Shown in pieces: positions 22,889-35,099 of a DNA stretch of 64,000 nt. Below the pieces are notes generated by a model. That model was given only the letters and a program-made list of their open reading frames with translations. It was not told the DNA's origin and made no database searches. The translations under genes and the position numbers were made by a program. The stretch is from Scenedesmus sp. PABB004. Taxonomy: Eukaryota. The DNA lies in contig JABVCE010000045.1 of assembly GCA_014905635.1 (NCBI GenBank), forward strand, positions 1 to 64,000, written 5' to 3'. Position 1 is the stretch's first letter. Each line of letters opens with the position of its first letter.

Positions 22889-23313
22889 ACCCCCCGCGGC
22901 GCAGCAGCGCGGCCGCGCGGCGCGGCGGCCCAGCAGGCGCTGGGCGGCGGGCGCGCGGCACGGGTGCGTGCGACGGGCGTTGCCCCAGGCGGACCGCAGC
23001 AGCGGCACCAGCGCGCGGCTTGGCTGGTGCGGATGCCGGCAAGCGGCGCCGTGCGTAACAGGAGAGCGCCGCCGCGGCCGACCGGCACCGCGCGTCACGG
23101 CCCGGGGCTTGAAGCGCGGCCGCACCCCCGCGCCGCGCGCCGCGTGCCGCACGTCGGCCGCCGCCACCGCTGTGGCATAGGGCGCCTGCGCCGGCACGGC
23201 AGCAGTCCCGGACGGAGCGCTGCAAACGAGCGAGCGCTGCAGCGCGCGGCAGCGCGCGGCGGCGCAGCAGAAGCAGCAGCAGTTCATCGCGGGTCCTTCG
23301 CGATCATTCCGGG

Positions 23314-26300
23314 ATGAGTCAGTACGGTCAGGGGTACGGTGGCTACGGCCAAGCCGGCCAGGGGCAGCAGGTGGGCCGGCCGCCCGGCCTCTCGCTTGGG
23401 GCGCGCGCGCCAGCCCCGATCGACTGACCCTGCACTCCGCCCGCTGCGCTTCTCCAGGGCTTCGCGGCGCCCGGCTTGCAGGCGCAGGGCGGCTATGCGG
23501 CGCCGCAGCAGCAGGTCCGGCGCCGCGCCGCCGTGGCCGCGCGGCTCGGGCCCCTTGCCTGATCGCTCCGCCTCCACCCCGCAGATGACGACGGGCTACC
23601 AGGCCGCTGCCACCGGTGTGGTGGCGCCTGGCGCGCAGCAGCAGGCGTACGGCGCCGCGCCCGCCGCGTACGGCGGCGCCGCGCAGGCGCCGGCGATGGT
23701 GGGGGGCGGCTATTCGACCGGCCAGCAGGGCGGCTATGCCACCGGCCAGCAGGGTGGCTATGCCACCGGCCAGCAGGGCGGCTACTCGACTGGCCAGCAG
23801 GGCGGCTACTCGACCGGCCAGCAGGGCGGCTATGCCAACGTTGTTCAGCCCCAGGCGGCGCCGGTGGTGGTGCAGCAGCAGCAGCAGCAGCAGCTCGCGG
23901 CGCCCATGCAGCAGTCTTCGAGCTACGCGCAGGCGGGGGGCTACCAGCAGTCAGGCTACGCAGCTGCAGCGCCCGCGGCGACGCCGCAGGCGGGCGCGTC
24001 GTCGTACGGCGGCGGCGCGGCGTACGGCGGGAGCAGCGGGGGCGGCGGGTACTCGCAGCAGGCGGCCGCCGGGGGCGGCACGTACCAGCAGCAGCAGCCG
24101 CAGCAGCCGACCGGACAGCACGCCGGGGGCGGCTACGCGGCGGCAGGAGGCGGCTACGGCGCGCAGCACACGCAGCCCGCGACCGCTGCTGGCTTGGGCG
24201 GCGGCGCGCAGGCCGCCGGCGGCTACGGCCAGCAGCAGGGCGGCTACGGCCAACAGCAGGGCGGCTACGGCCAGCAGCAGCAGCAGCAGCAGCAGCAGCC
24301 GACCACTGCTGGCTACGGCGGTGCGCACGAGGGCGGCTATGGCCAGCAGCAGCACCTGCAGCAGCCGGCGGCGGCGGGCCAGCAGACGCGCGGCGGCTAC
24401 GGCCAGCTGGCAGCGGGCGGCCAGCAGCAGCCGGGCGGCTACGGCAGCGGCGCGGCGGCCGGCGCGCCCACCGCGCAGCGCGGCGCCGGCGCGGGGGGCT
24501 ACGGCGCGGCCGGCGCGGGCGCGGGGGGCTACGGCGCGGCCGGCGCGGGCAGGGCGACCGCCGGCGCCCCCGGGGGGCAACAACAGCCCTACGGCACGCC
24601 CTCGCACGCCGACTACGCGCCGCGTGCCGGCGCTGCAGCGCCGTACGGTGGCGGCGGCGGCGGTGCCGGCGGCGCGGCGGCGGCGCCCGGGCAGTACGGC
24701 GTCGGGAGCTCGCCGGCGGGGCAGTTCCGCGGCGCTGGCGGCGGCGCTGGTGGCTACGGCGGCGGCGGCGGCGGCGCCGGCGCCGGCGGCGGCGCTGGCG
24801 GCGGCAGCGGCTACGGCGCTCAGTCGGGCGGCGGCTACGGCGCCAAGGCAAGTGCCGGCTCGTACGGCGCCAGCGGCGCTGCCGCGGCCGGCGGCGGCGG
24901 TGCCGGCTATGGCGGCGGGGGCGGCGGCGGCAGCGCGTACTCCAAGCCAGGCGGCTACGGGGCCGGGGGAGGGGCGGGGCCGTACGCCGCCGTCGGCGCG
25001 GCAGGGGGCGGCGGCGGCTACGGCAGCGCGCAGCGGGGCGGACCAGGCGGCATCGGCGGCGGCCCCGGCGGCGGCGGCGGCGGCTTCGGTGGCGTCGGAG
25101 GCGCTGGCGGCGCTGGCAGCGCTGGCAGCGCAATGCGAAGCGGGCCGTACGGGGCAGGACCGGCGGGCGGCGGCGGCGTCGGCGGCGCGCCGCGGGCCGG
25201 GCCGTACGGGGCAGGACCGGCGGGCGGCGGCGGCGTCGGCGGCGCGCCGCGGGCCGGGCCGTACGGGGCAGGACCGGCGGGCGGCGGCGCCGCCAGCGGC
25301 GCCGGTGGCGCCGGCGGCGGGGGCGGGGGTACGGGGGCGTCTACGGCAGCTCGCGGCCGGGCGGCGTCGGCGGCGGCAGCGCGGGCGTCGGCGGGCGTGC
25401 ACCCTACGCCCCTCCCGCCGCCAAGCCGGCGTACGGAGCAGGGCCGCTCGGCAGCGCAGCGGCTGCACAGCAAGGCCGCGCAGGTGGGCGGGCAGGCGGC
25501 GGGGCGGGCGACGACGCTGGCGCTGGCGTGGACGCGGGCGGTGGGGCGTGTGCTGGGCGGGGGCGTCGCTCGCCTGAGCAGTTGTTCTGCTTTCCTCGGG
25601 GGGTGTTGTTTGCTCCCCGCTCCCCGCTCCCTCACACTGGCGCCCTGCGCGCCTCTCACTCACGCTTGGCCGCCGCCGCCCAACCCCCCGCGCAGGTGGC
25701 GCGCCCGCGCAGCAGGCCTGGCAGGCGTCCGCGGCCGCCGCCGCGGCCATCGGCGCCAAGGTGGCGCCCCGCGCCGCGCCCCCTGGCGGAGCGGCGCCGC
25801 CGCACGGCCGCGCCGGCCCGCCGCCGTACGGCAAGGCGGAGCCCGACAGCCAGCGGCGCGCGCCGCCCGCGCGGGCTCCGCGCCCGCAGCAACAGCGCGA
25901 GCCGCCGAGGCGCCGCTCGCCGCCGCCGCGGGTGCGCTCAGCGGGAGGGCGCGGCGCCGGCGCGGCGCGGCCGCGCCGCCCGGCCTCCCCACCCACCCAC
26001 CCCCTCCCCTCCCCCCCCCCCCCCCACCGCCGCGTGCTCGCAGGCCGTGCGCTCGCCGCCGCCGCGGCCGCGCGGGCCGCCGCCGGAGCGCCCGCGCTCG
26101 CGCAGCCCCGCGGCGCGGCGGCCCGAGTATGCGGTGCGCGTGCCGCAGTACCCCTTTGCCACGCCGGGGCGCGATTACAGCGAGCTGGCGCGGCGCTACA
26201 GCCACATGGCCATCGCGCAGGACTTTGTGCGCGCCGAGTTCCACTGGCCCCACGTGAGAGACGCGGCGCGGCGCGGCGCGCCCAGCCCCGCGGCCGGCCC

Positions 26301-29300
26301 CCGAGCGCGCGCCCACGCCGGCCGCGCCGCCGCCGCCGCAGTGGGCGCCGGGCCGCCCGACCGCGTGGGCAGCACGTTAATGCCGCTGGACCGGCCCGCG
26401 CGCTGCACGTACGTGCCGTCGCCGCGCGACAAGGCGCTGGCGGCGGCGCTGCGCGAGCGCGAGCGCGAGCACAAGGCGCCGCAGCTCAAGGCGCCGGAGG
26501 CGAAGGACAAGGGCGGCGCGGAGGCCAAGGCCGGTGGCGCGGAGGCCAACGGCGGCGCGGTCAAGAAGGAGGCCGCGCAGGCGGCTGAGCCCGCCGCCGC
26601 CGAGCCCGCCGCCGCCGAGCCCGCCGCGGCCGAGGCCCCCGTGGAGGCCGCCGCGCCCGAGGCGGGCACGGAGGGCGAGCCCGCCGCTGCCGCCGAGGCC
26701 GCGCCGGGCGAGGCTGCTGCGCCTGCCGCCGGCAAGGACGGCGGCGCGGCCGAGGCGCCGGCGGAGGCGCAGCAGGCCAAGGTGGACCTGGACGCGCTGC
26801 TGGGCGGGCCCGACGCCATGGCGGGCACCGTGGTCGATGGCGTGCTGTGGGAGGCCAAGGTGCGCGCGGCGGGCAGCCGGCGCCGCCTGCGCGCTGCGCG
26901 GAGGCGCCGCTGCGCCGCCCGGCCGTGCCCCACCCCCGCGCCGCGCCGCCCCAGGCGGTGCTGATGTGCGGCCTGTCGCCCGAGGGGGTGGAGAGCGTGC
27001 GCGTGGGGCCGTCCCACACCGGCGGGCTGCACCTGTCGCACGCGCTGCGCTTCGTGGCGCTGCGCAACGCGCTGAAGCACGGCGAGCTCTGCCCGCTGGG
27101 CGGGCCGTGGGACCCTGAGCTCGACGGCGGCCACCCCGGCAGGTGCGCGGCGCGGCGGCGCCCCACGCGCTCGGTGCCGGCCAGCGGGCCCCCGGCCCTG
27201 CCCGCCCTGCCCTGCCCAATGTTGTCGCCTCCACCACCCACGCCGCCACCCACACGCGCCCGCGTCGCCCGCCGCCGCACGCCGCAGCGGTGAGGACGGG
27301 CCGCTGGTGGCCGCGCTGGTGCGCCACGTGCAGCGCCAGGTTGGGCTGGACCTGTCGGGCCTGCCGCCCCGCTGCTTCATGCGCCTCGTGGACGCCACGC
27401 TCAGCCGCACCGCCGCGCCCGCGCCGAGGCCGCCGCCGCCGCCGCGGCGGTGGTCGCGGAGGCGGCCGCCGCGGGCGCGCTCGCGGCGCTGCCGCCGGCG
27501 CCGCCCAAGGGTCACGGCGTGGCGCCCGGCGCGGCGCCGACGGCGCTCGCGGCCGACGGCCCCGACGGCGGGCTCGCCGCGCTGGCGGGCCTGGCGCCGC
27601 AGGACCCGGCCAGCCACAGCTACGTGCAGGTCACCGCGCTGTTCGTCGTTGACGTCAGCCCCCTCATGCCCCCGCGCGAGCCCACGCCCGAGCCTGAGCA
27701 GCAGCCTGCGGCGCCACAGCCCGCGGCCGGCGAGGGCGCCGCGGGCGCGGCGGGCGCCGCGGGCGCCGCGGGCGCCGCGGACGCCGCGGCGGGCGGCGCG
27801 GACGAGCCGGCGGCGGGCGGCGGCGACACTGAGATGGCGGACGCTGAGGCGGCGGTGAGGGCGGGGGACGGCGCACGCGCACGCGCATGCGCGCGTGCCG
27901 CGCAGCGCAGCCCCGGCCCTCACCGCCCAACGCGCCGCGCGCTGCGCGTGCAGGCCGCCACGCCCGCCACGCCGGTCGCCAAGGAAGGCAGCGCCACGCC
28001 GGGCGCCAAGGGGGAGGGCGACAAGAAGCCGGCGCCGCCGCCGCCGGCCAAGGCGTCGCCCAGCGCGGGCGCGGAGCGGCGCCGCCGCGACGACGAGCGG
28101 CGCCGCCGGCAGGCGGAGGAGCGCGCGCCCAAGATCAGCCTCTCCGCGTGCGCGCAGGGCGGCGCGCTGCTGGAGCCCCACACCTACACGCTTGCGGGTG
28201 CGCCGGCGCCGCCCGCGCCCGCCCCTCCGGCCGCCGCTGGGCACCGCCGCTGGCCGCGCCGCGCCGCCCGCGGGGGCTCAGCGCTGCCGCCGCCTCCTCC
28301 GCCCCTCGCGCCCCGCCGCCTCTCCGCCCCCCACGCCCCGGTGCAGCGCTGCTGGACTATGAGGAGCGCAGCGCCGACGACGACGAGCCGGGCGCGATGG
28401 AGCTCGCGCTGCTGGCGGAGGGGGTGCATGAGATGCTGATGCAGGGCTATGCCTCCCTCATCGCCGCGGCGCTGCTCGCAGACAGGTGCGGCCGCGCGCG
28501 CGGCGCGCGCGCGGCCGACAGGTACGGTGGCGCGGCGCCGCCGCCGCGCGCCAGCACCCGCCGCACCGCGCCCCGCCCCGCCGGCCGCCGCGCCGCGACG
28601 CAGGCCCGCCGCGTGGGCGCGCGAGCTGCACGACGAGCTCGGCCGCCACAAGCGCCGCGAGGAGCGCCGGCAGGAGGAGGAGGAGCGCAAGGTGGCGGCG
28701 GGGGGCGCCGCGCAGCGCCGCCGCGCAGCGCGCTGCCCGCCCCGCCGAGCCCGGCGGCTCACAGCGCTGCCGCCCGCGCCGTGCCGACCCGCTCCGTGCG
28801 CAGCGGCGCAAGGAAGAGGCGGGCAAGGCGGCCAAGCCCGCCGAGGCGGGCGCCAAGCGGCCGGCGGAGGGCGAGGTACGCCGGCCGGCGCCGCGAGTAC
28901 CCGCGGTCGCGCGGCGCGGGCGCACTCCACTCACGGGCTGTCGCCGCCGCCGGCGCCACCGGGCGCCACCCCGCGTGCGCAGGAGGCGGCCGAGGGCGGG
29001 GCCAAGCGTCAGAAGACGGAGGCGGCCAAGCCCGCCGGCGAGCAGCTGGCCAAGGACGGCGAGGGCGCTGCGCCGGCCAAGGCCAGCGCGCAGCGGCGCA
29101 CCGACACGCTCGTCAACAAGCCCCTGCTGTCCGCGTTCAGGCGCGTTCTAGGGGCGGCAGGGCGCGCCGGCACCGGCGCCGGCGCGTGCCAGCGGCCGCG
29201 CGCGGCGCGGCGCGGTGCGGGCCTGGCCGCAGCGTGCGCCGCGCGCGCGCCCATGCGCACGCGCCGCACGCCCCTGCACGCCCCGCCCCCGCCCCTGTGT

Positions 29301-29562
29301 GTGTCCCTGCTGTGTGACCGGACGGCCGGCCACCCAGGTACTTTGACCGCACGGGCACGGGCTACCTGCGCGTGGAGGACCTGCGCCGCCTGCTGCACAA
29401 CGCGGGCGGCGGCCTGCCGCACCGCGCCGTGCGCGCGCTCGTCGCGGGCGCGGCAGACCCCGCCGGCGCGTGGCGCGGCGAGCGTGTTTACTACCGGTGA
29501 GGGGGGCGGGCAGGCCGCCGCGGCCCGGCCAGCGAGCGCCCTGCGCGGCCCCGCGTGACCCA

Positions 29563-29603
<41 letters not shown>

Positions 29604-29979
29604 GCGCAGCGACCTCACGGACACCGAGGTGCCGCGCAAGGAGGCGACGCCCAGGCCCGAGCCCGCGGCGCAGGCGGAGGCGGAGGCGCCGGGGGGCGCC
29701 GGGCAGGGCGGCGTGCAGGGCGGCGGGGCGGAGGTCAAGGCGGAGGAGGTGCCGGCGGCCGCGCCCGCAGGGGAGGACGCCGCCGCGCGTGCAGAGGCGG
29801 CGCCGGCGGCCGAGGCGCCGGCGGCTGAGGAGGCTGCGGCGCCAGCAGGCGGGGCAGCCGAGGCAGCCGAGGCGCCGGCGGCCGAGGCGCCGGCGGTCGA
29901 GGCTGCAGCGCCGGCAGAGGCGCCCGCGGCAGAGCCTGCTGCCGGGGACGCGGGGGCGGAGGCGGCGGCTGCGGAGTGA
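23314..29979 (+). CDS. CCAR1/DBC1-family nuclear protein (plant RSA1/EMB1579-like) with long G/Q/Y low-complexity N-terminus, DBC1 domain and C-terminal EF-hand
   Basis: Starts MSQYGQGYGGYGQ. Motifs YAVRVPQYP...RDYSELARRYSHMAIAQDF, WEAKAVLMCGL, GGPWDPELDGGHP, ALLDYE...MELALLAEGVHEML, AFRYFDRTGTGYLRVEDLRRLLHN. Two apparent frameshifts (near 25325 and 27415). Confidence 0.85.
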
Positions 29980-30115
29980 CGGGCCGCTCGCTGGGGGCCG
30001 ACAAACGTAACCGTTCGCAACGCTTCAACGCCGCCTCTCCTGCGCCCCTGCGGTGGTCCCCCCCCCCTGGCCGCGCGCCTCGCTCTCCCCGCGTGCCCCT
30101 TCCCCTGCCGCTGCC

Positions 30116-31164
30116 TCACAGCGGCAGGTTGGCCAGCACCGCGGCGGCCAGCAGCAGCAGCGTCCCCGCGAGGTAGAACCCTGCGATGCCCACGACCTCG
30201 TCATCCTGCCGCGCCGCCACCTTCTCCAGCCGGCTGCTGCGCAGCTGGGCCATGAGCGCCGCGACCTGCAGGGCGCGGCAGCGGCGGCGGCGGCGGCGGC
30301 GCGCGGCCGCGCGGTCGCGGGCGGCGGCGGCCGGCGGTGGGTCGCTGCGGCGGCGGCTGCGGCGGTCGAGGCGGCGCGCCCGCGCCGCGCCCCCTCGCGC
30401 ACCTCGCGGTCGTCCATGCCCTCGAAGCCGCCGAGGCGCTCCTGCTGCTCGCGCTCCGCCGCCTTGCGCGCCGCCTCGCGCGCGCGGCTGCCCACCACGT
30501 CCACGCCCAGCGCCTCCAGCTGCTCCCGAAACTCCACCTCGGGCGGCGGCGCGCCCGCGCCGCGGCTGCCAAACCAGCCACCCGCGCGGCGCGGCAGTGG
30601 CGGCGGCGCCTGCGCCGCCGCCGCGCGGCGCTGCGCCTGGCGCTGGCGTGCCTCGCTCGTCGCGCCGCCGCGCCAGCGGCCGCCGGGCGGCGGCGGCGGC
30701 GGCGGCGGCGCCGGTCCGCCGGGCGCGCGGCCGCGCCCCCGCTGCTGCTGCTGGGGCGGCGGCGGCGGCGGCGGTGGCGGCGGCTGCGCGCCGCCAAAGC
30801 TGGGCCATCGCCACTTGGGGTTGACCGTCGACTCCAGCACCATGTCACGCAGCGCCGCCTGCTGCTCCGGCGACAGCTGCTGCTGCGCAGGCCGCCCCCG
30901 CTGCTGCTGCTGCTGCTGCTGCTGCGGCGGCGGGCCCTGCGGCTCCGCCGGCCAGCCGCGCCACTTGGGGCTGGCGCGCAGCAGGTCCTGCTCCACCGAC
31001 GGCGCGCCCGGCGGCGGAGGCGGGGCGCCGCGGCGAGCGCCGGGCTGTTGCTGCGGCGGCGCCGGCTCGCGTCCCCAGGGCCAGGCGCCGCGCGCCACGC
31101 GCCGCCGTGCCGGTGGTGGCGCCAGAGCGGGCGCCAGCGGCGCCGCCGGAGCGGCGACCCGCAT
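30116..31164 (-). CDS. Hypothetical protein, transit-peptide-like N-terminus and single C-terminal transmembrane helix; 2 exons (31164-30403, 30265-30116)
   Basis: MRVAAPAAPLAPALAPPPARRRVAR; two related motifs SPKWRGWP and NPKWRWP; GAG|GTGCGC...CTGCAG intron joins in frame to VAALMAQL...VVGIAGFYLAGTLLLLAAAVLANLPL*. Confidence 0.7.
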
Positions 31165-31474
31165 GGCAGCGGCGCGCGGGCAGCGGCAGCGGGCGCGGCG
31201 GGCGCGCGGCCGGCAGCAAGGCGTGCGCCCGGAACGTGCGTGCGGTGGCGGAGGGGAGGCCTGTGGCCGACCCGCGAGCGGACAGGCTGTGTTGAGGCGG
31301 AGGAGGGAGCTCGCCAGGCTGGGCTCGGGTCCAGCCGCCGCTGGAGCTCGCCCCGCGAGCCCGGCGCGCCCAGACCGGCCGAGAGCTCCACCAGGCAACA
31401 CACCAAGCTCGCCCCCGCGCGACAGCGGCCCCGCAGCAGCAATCGCCGCCTCACCGTTGGCGCGCCGCACGTCG

Positions 31475-33564
31475 ATGCCCGCTGCTGGCGCCTCGCGCAC
31501 GCCCGGACAGCAGCTCGGACGCCAAAGCGCTGCCAGCGGAGCCGCGGCGCTGCACTCGGCAGCAGCAGCACGTTTGTGCGCGCGCCGCCGCGCGGCGTAC
31601 GCGCCCGTGCGCGCGCAGTCGACCTGCGGACCGCGACCGCGGACCGGCCGGCGAGGTGCGGGCGGCGCGGCAGCGGCAGCGGCAGCAGCAGCGGCAGCGG
31701 CGGCAGCGCGCCGCGCCGCTGCCCGGCGGCCGCGTGCGCCGCCGCCCTGCCAGGCCCACGACGGCGCACCCGAGGGCGAGGATCCCGCCGCCACCGGCGC
31801 GCGCACGCGGCAGCCGCCCGACGCGCCCGCCCGGCCGCGCCCGCCGCCGCCGTGCAGCCCTGCGCGTGTGTGCGCTCGACGCGGCGCAGCCGTTTGACTT
31901 TGAGCACAGGATGTCGACCAAGCTTAGCAAGGACAAGGCGCTGACGGTGGGCATCGTGGGCTTTGGCACGTTTGGTCAGTTCATGGCGCGCCGCTTCGTG
32001 CAGGCCGGGCACAGGTGCGGCGGACGCGCGCGGGCGCGGGCGCGGCTGGCCGCCGGCGCCCGGCGCCCGCCGACCGCGCGCGCCGCCCGCCGGCCGCGCG
32101 CGCAGGGTGATCGCGACGAGCCGCACGCCCTACTTTGCCGAGGCGGCGGCGCTGGGCGCCGAGTACTATGAGGACGCGGACGACTTTTGCGAGGAGCACC
32201 CGGACGTCGTCGTGCTCGCGACCAGCATCCTCTCCACCGAGCCCGTCGTGCGCGCGCTGCCGCTGGCGCGGCTCAAGCGCAGCACGCTGTTCGTGGACGT
32301 GCTCTCAGTCAAGGCGCGCGACCGGGGCAGGGGCGGGGCCGGCGGGGCGGGCGGGCCGCGCGGGCGGCCGCGCGGCAGCGCCGCCGGCAGCAACGCCGCG
32401 CCGCCGCCGGCAGCAGCGCCGCGCCGCGCCCGCCCGACTGCCGCCCGCGCCGCGCCGCGCCGCGCCGTGCCGCGCAGGTCTTCCCCAAGCAGCTGCTGCT
32501 GCGCCTGCTGCCGCCCGAGGTCGACATCCTCTGCACGCACCCCATGTTTGGCCCCGACTCGGGCAAGGGCAGCTGGGAGGGGCTCAACTTCATGTATGAG
32601 GCCGTGCGCCTCGGCGACGACCCCCGCCGCGCCGCGCGGCTCGAAAACTTCCTCGCCTTCTTCAGGGGCCAGGGCTGCAGGTGGCGGCGGCGAGCGCCAG
32701 CCGCGTGCGCGGGGCGGCCGCGCGCGCGGGCGGCCGCGCGGGCAGCCGCGCGCGCCGGGCGCAGGGCCGCCGCGCCTCGCCGCCGCGCCGCGCCTGACCG
32801 CCGCGCCTCCCCGCCTGTCGCGCCTCCCGCCGCGGCGCAGGATGGTCGAGATGAGCTGCGAGGAGCACGACCGCCAGGCGGCGAGCACGCAGTTTGTGAC
32901 GCACACGGTCGGGCGCATGCTGGGCGCGATGGAGCTGGGCAGCACCGACATCAACACGCGCGGCTACGAGGCGCTGCTGCAGCTCGTGGAGAACACGCGG
33001 CACGACAGCTTTGACCTCTACTACGGCCTCTTCCTATACAACACCAACGCGACGGGTGAGGGAGCATGATGATGGGCGGGCAGCGCCGCGGGGCGCGGCC
33101 GCGGCGGCGGCGGGCGCGCGAGGGCGCGGCGGCGGCGGCGGCGGACTGGGCAGCGGGCGGGGGGCGCGCGGGCTGGCGGGCGGGCGGAGGGCGCACGGCG
33201 CGGCGGCTCACCCACGCGCCGCGCGCCGCCCGCCGCAGACGAGCTGGAGCGGCTGGAGCAGGCGTTTGACGTCGTGAAGAAGCAGCTGCTCGGCCGCCTG
33301 CACGACATCGCGCGCAAGCAGCTCTTCCCCGCCGACGGCGACGCCGCGGCGGCGCCCGCGGCCAACGGCGGCAGCGCGCCGGCGAGCCGCAGCAGCAGCG
33401 CGGCGAGCCTCGGACGCGCCGCAGCGGTCGCGGGCGCGCCGTCCGCGGCCGTCACGCTCGGCGGCGGCGCCGGCGCCGGCGGGCCCAAGGCGCCGCGCGA
33501 GCAGGAGGCGGGTGGCTTCACGCTGGTGGACAAGGAGGCCGGCGCCGCCGCCAGGCCGCAGTGA
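31475..33564 (+). CDS. TYRA: Plastid arogenate dehydrogenase (TyrAa, tyrosine biosynthesis), 6 exons
   Basis: ALDAAQPFDFE; VGIVGFGTFGQF (Rossmann fold); LKRSTLFVDVLSVK; DILCTHPMFGPDSGKGSW; MVEMSCEEHDRQAASTQFVTHTVGR; DSFDLYYGLFLYN. Exon 1 (31475-31655) joins 31858 in phase 1. Confidence 0.95.
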
Positions 33565-34018
33565 GCGAGGGAGAAGGGAGGCGCGCGAGCGAGAGCGCGC
33601 GCGCGAGGGCGGCGGGCAGCGCGGAGCGCAGAGCGCGCGCGTGCGCGTCGGCGCCGCGGGTGTCCGGCTGACGCCTCCCCCACGCACGAGCGCGCCGCCT
33701 GCACTGGATGCAAATGCCGCGGCGGTGGCGGCAGGACGCCGCCGCTGCTCGGCGTGCGGGTGACGCCGCCGCGGCCGGCGCGCCGCCGGCCCGCTGTGAT
33801 GCGCGCTGGCGGGCTTCTGTGCCGCTGGGCGTGCGAGGCGCGTCAACATTTCGACTCGAGTGCCTGTTCAGCTGCCTTAATCTTGTTAGACCGCGGCCAA
33901 AGGCTCCCGCACGGCCCCGCCACAGCCGCAGCACGCAGCCCTCATCCTGCCCTCCACGCTCCTCCGCCCCCCACCCGACACGATGCTCGCCACGCGCTCT
34001 GCCACCGTCGGCTCGACC

Positions 34019-35099
34019 AGGGCTGCAGGTGACGGCGGCGAGAGCCAGCCGCGCGCGGCCAGCCACGCAGGCAGCCGCGGGCGCTGGGCGCAGGGCCGCC
34101 GACCCTCGCCGCCGCGCCGCGCCTCACTGCCGCGCCTCCCCGCCCGCCGCGCCGCGTCAGGATGGTCGAGATGACCTGCGAGGAGCACGACCGCCAGGCG
34201 GCGAGCGGCGGCGGCGGCGGCGAGGGCGCGGCGGCGGCAGAGGGGGAGCGGCCGGGCGGGTGGAGGGCGCGCCACGCCGCGGCCCACGCGCGCGCCGTGC
34301 GCCGCGCCGCCCGCCGCAGACGAGCTGGAGCGGCTGGAGCAGGCGTTTGACGTCGTGAAGAAGCAGCTGCTCGGCCGCCTGCACGACATCGCGCGCAAGC
34401 AGCTCTTCCCCGCCGACGGCGACGCCGCGGCGGCGCCCGCGGCCAACGGCGGCAGCGCGCCGGCGAGCCGCAGCAGCAGCGCGGCGAGCCTCGGACGCGC
34501 CGCAGCGGTCGCGGGCGCGCCGTCCGCGGCCGTCACGCTCGGCGGCGGCGCCGGCGCCGGCGGGCCCAAGGCGCCGCGCGAGCAGGAGGCGGGTGGCTTC
34601 ACGCTGGTGGACAAGGAGGCCGGCGCCGCCGCCAGGCCGCAGTGAGCGAGGGAGAAGGGAGGCGCGCGAGCGAGAGCGCGCGCGCGAGGGCGGCGGGCAG
34701 CGCGGAGCGCAGAGCGCGCGCGTGCGCGTCGGCGCCGCGGGTGTCCGGCTGACGCCTCCCCCACGCACGAGCGCGCCGCCTGCACTGGATGCAAATGCCG
34801 CGGCGGTGGCGGCAGGACGCCGCCGCTGCTCGGCGTGCGGGTGACGCCGCCGCGGCCGGCGCGCCGCCGGCCCGCTGTGATGCGCGCTGGCGGGCTTCTG
34901 TGCCGCTGGGCGTGCGAGGCGCGTCAACATTTCGACTCGAGTGCCTGTTCAGCTGCCTTAATCTTGTTAGACCGCGGCCAAAGGCTCCCGCACGGCCCCG
35001 CCACAGCCGCAGCACGCAGCCCTCATCCTGCCCTCCACGCTCCTCCGCCCCCCACCCGACACGATGCTCGCCACGCGCTCTGCCACCGTCGGCTCGACC
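34019..35099 (+). pseudogene. Second copy of a tandem duplication: decayed TyrA internal fragment plus intact last exon, intergenic region and the start of LHCA1
   Basis: 34019-34302 is a diverged, partly deleted copy of 32671-33221. 34303-35099 looks identical to 33222-34018 (period 1081 bp). An orphan LHCA1 start ([12 protein letters not shown]) remains at 33983-34018. Confidence 0.9.

Noticed and set aside
25315..27430. Frame switches in the CCAR1-like gene (and phase mismatches near 13600 and 59100-59490) as programmed frameshifts or pseudogenisation
   Set aside because: They fall in G/C runs or GC microrepeats where assembly indels are common, and the flanking domains are intact. Read or RNA data would be needed before any biological claim.
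33983..34174. Functional LHCA1-TyrA chimeric protein
   Set aside because: Spliced or unspliced, the fusion is out of the TyrA frame and stops within a few codons of the acceptor (TGG TCG AGA TGA).
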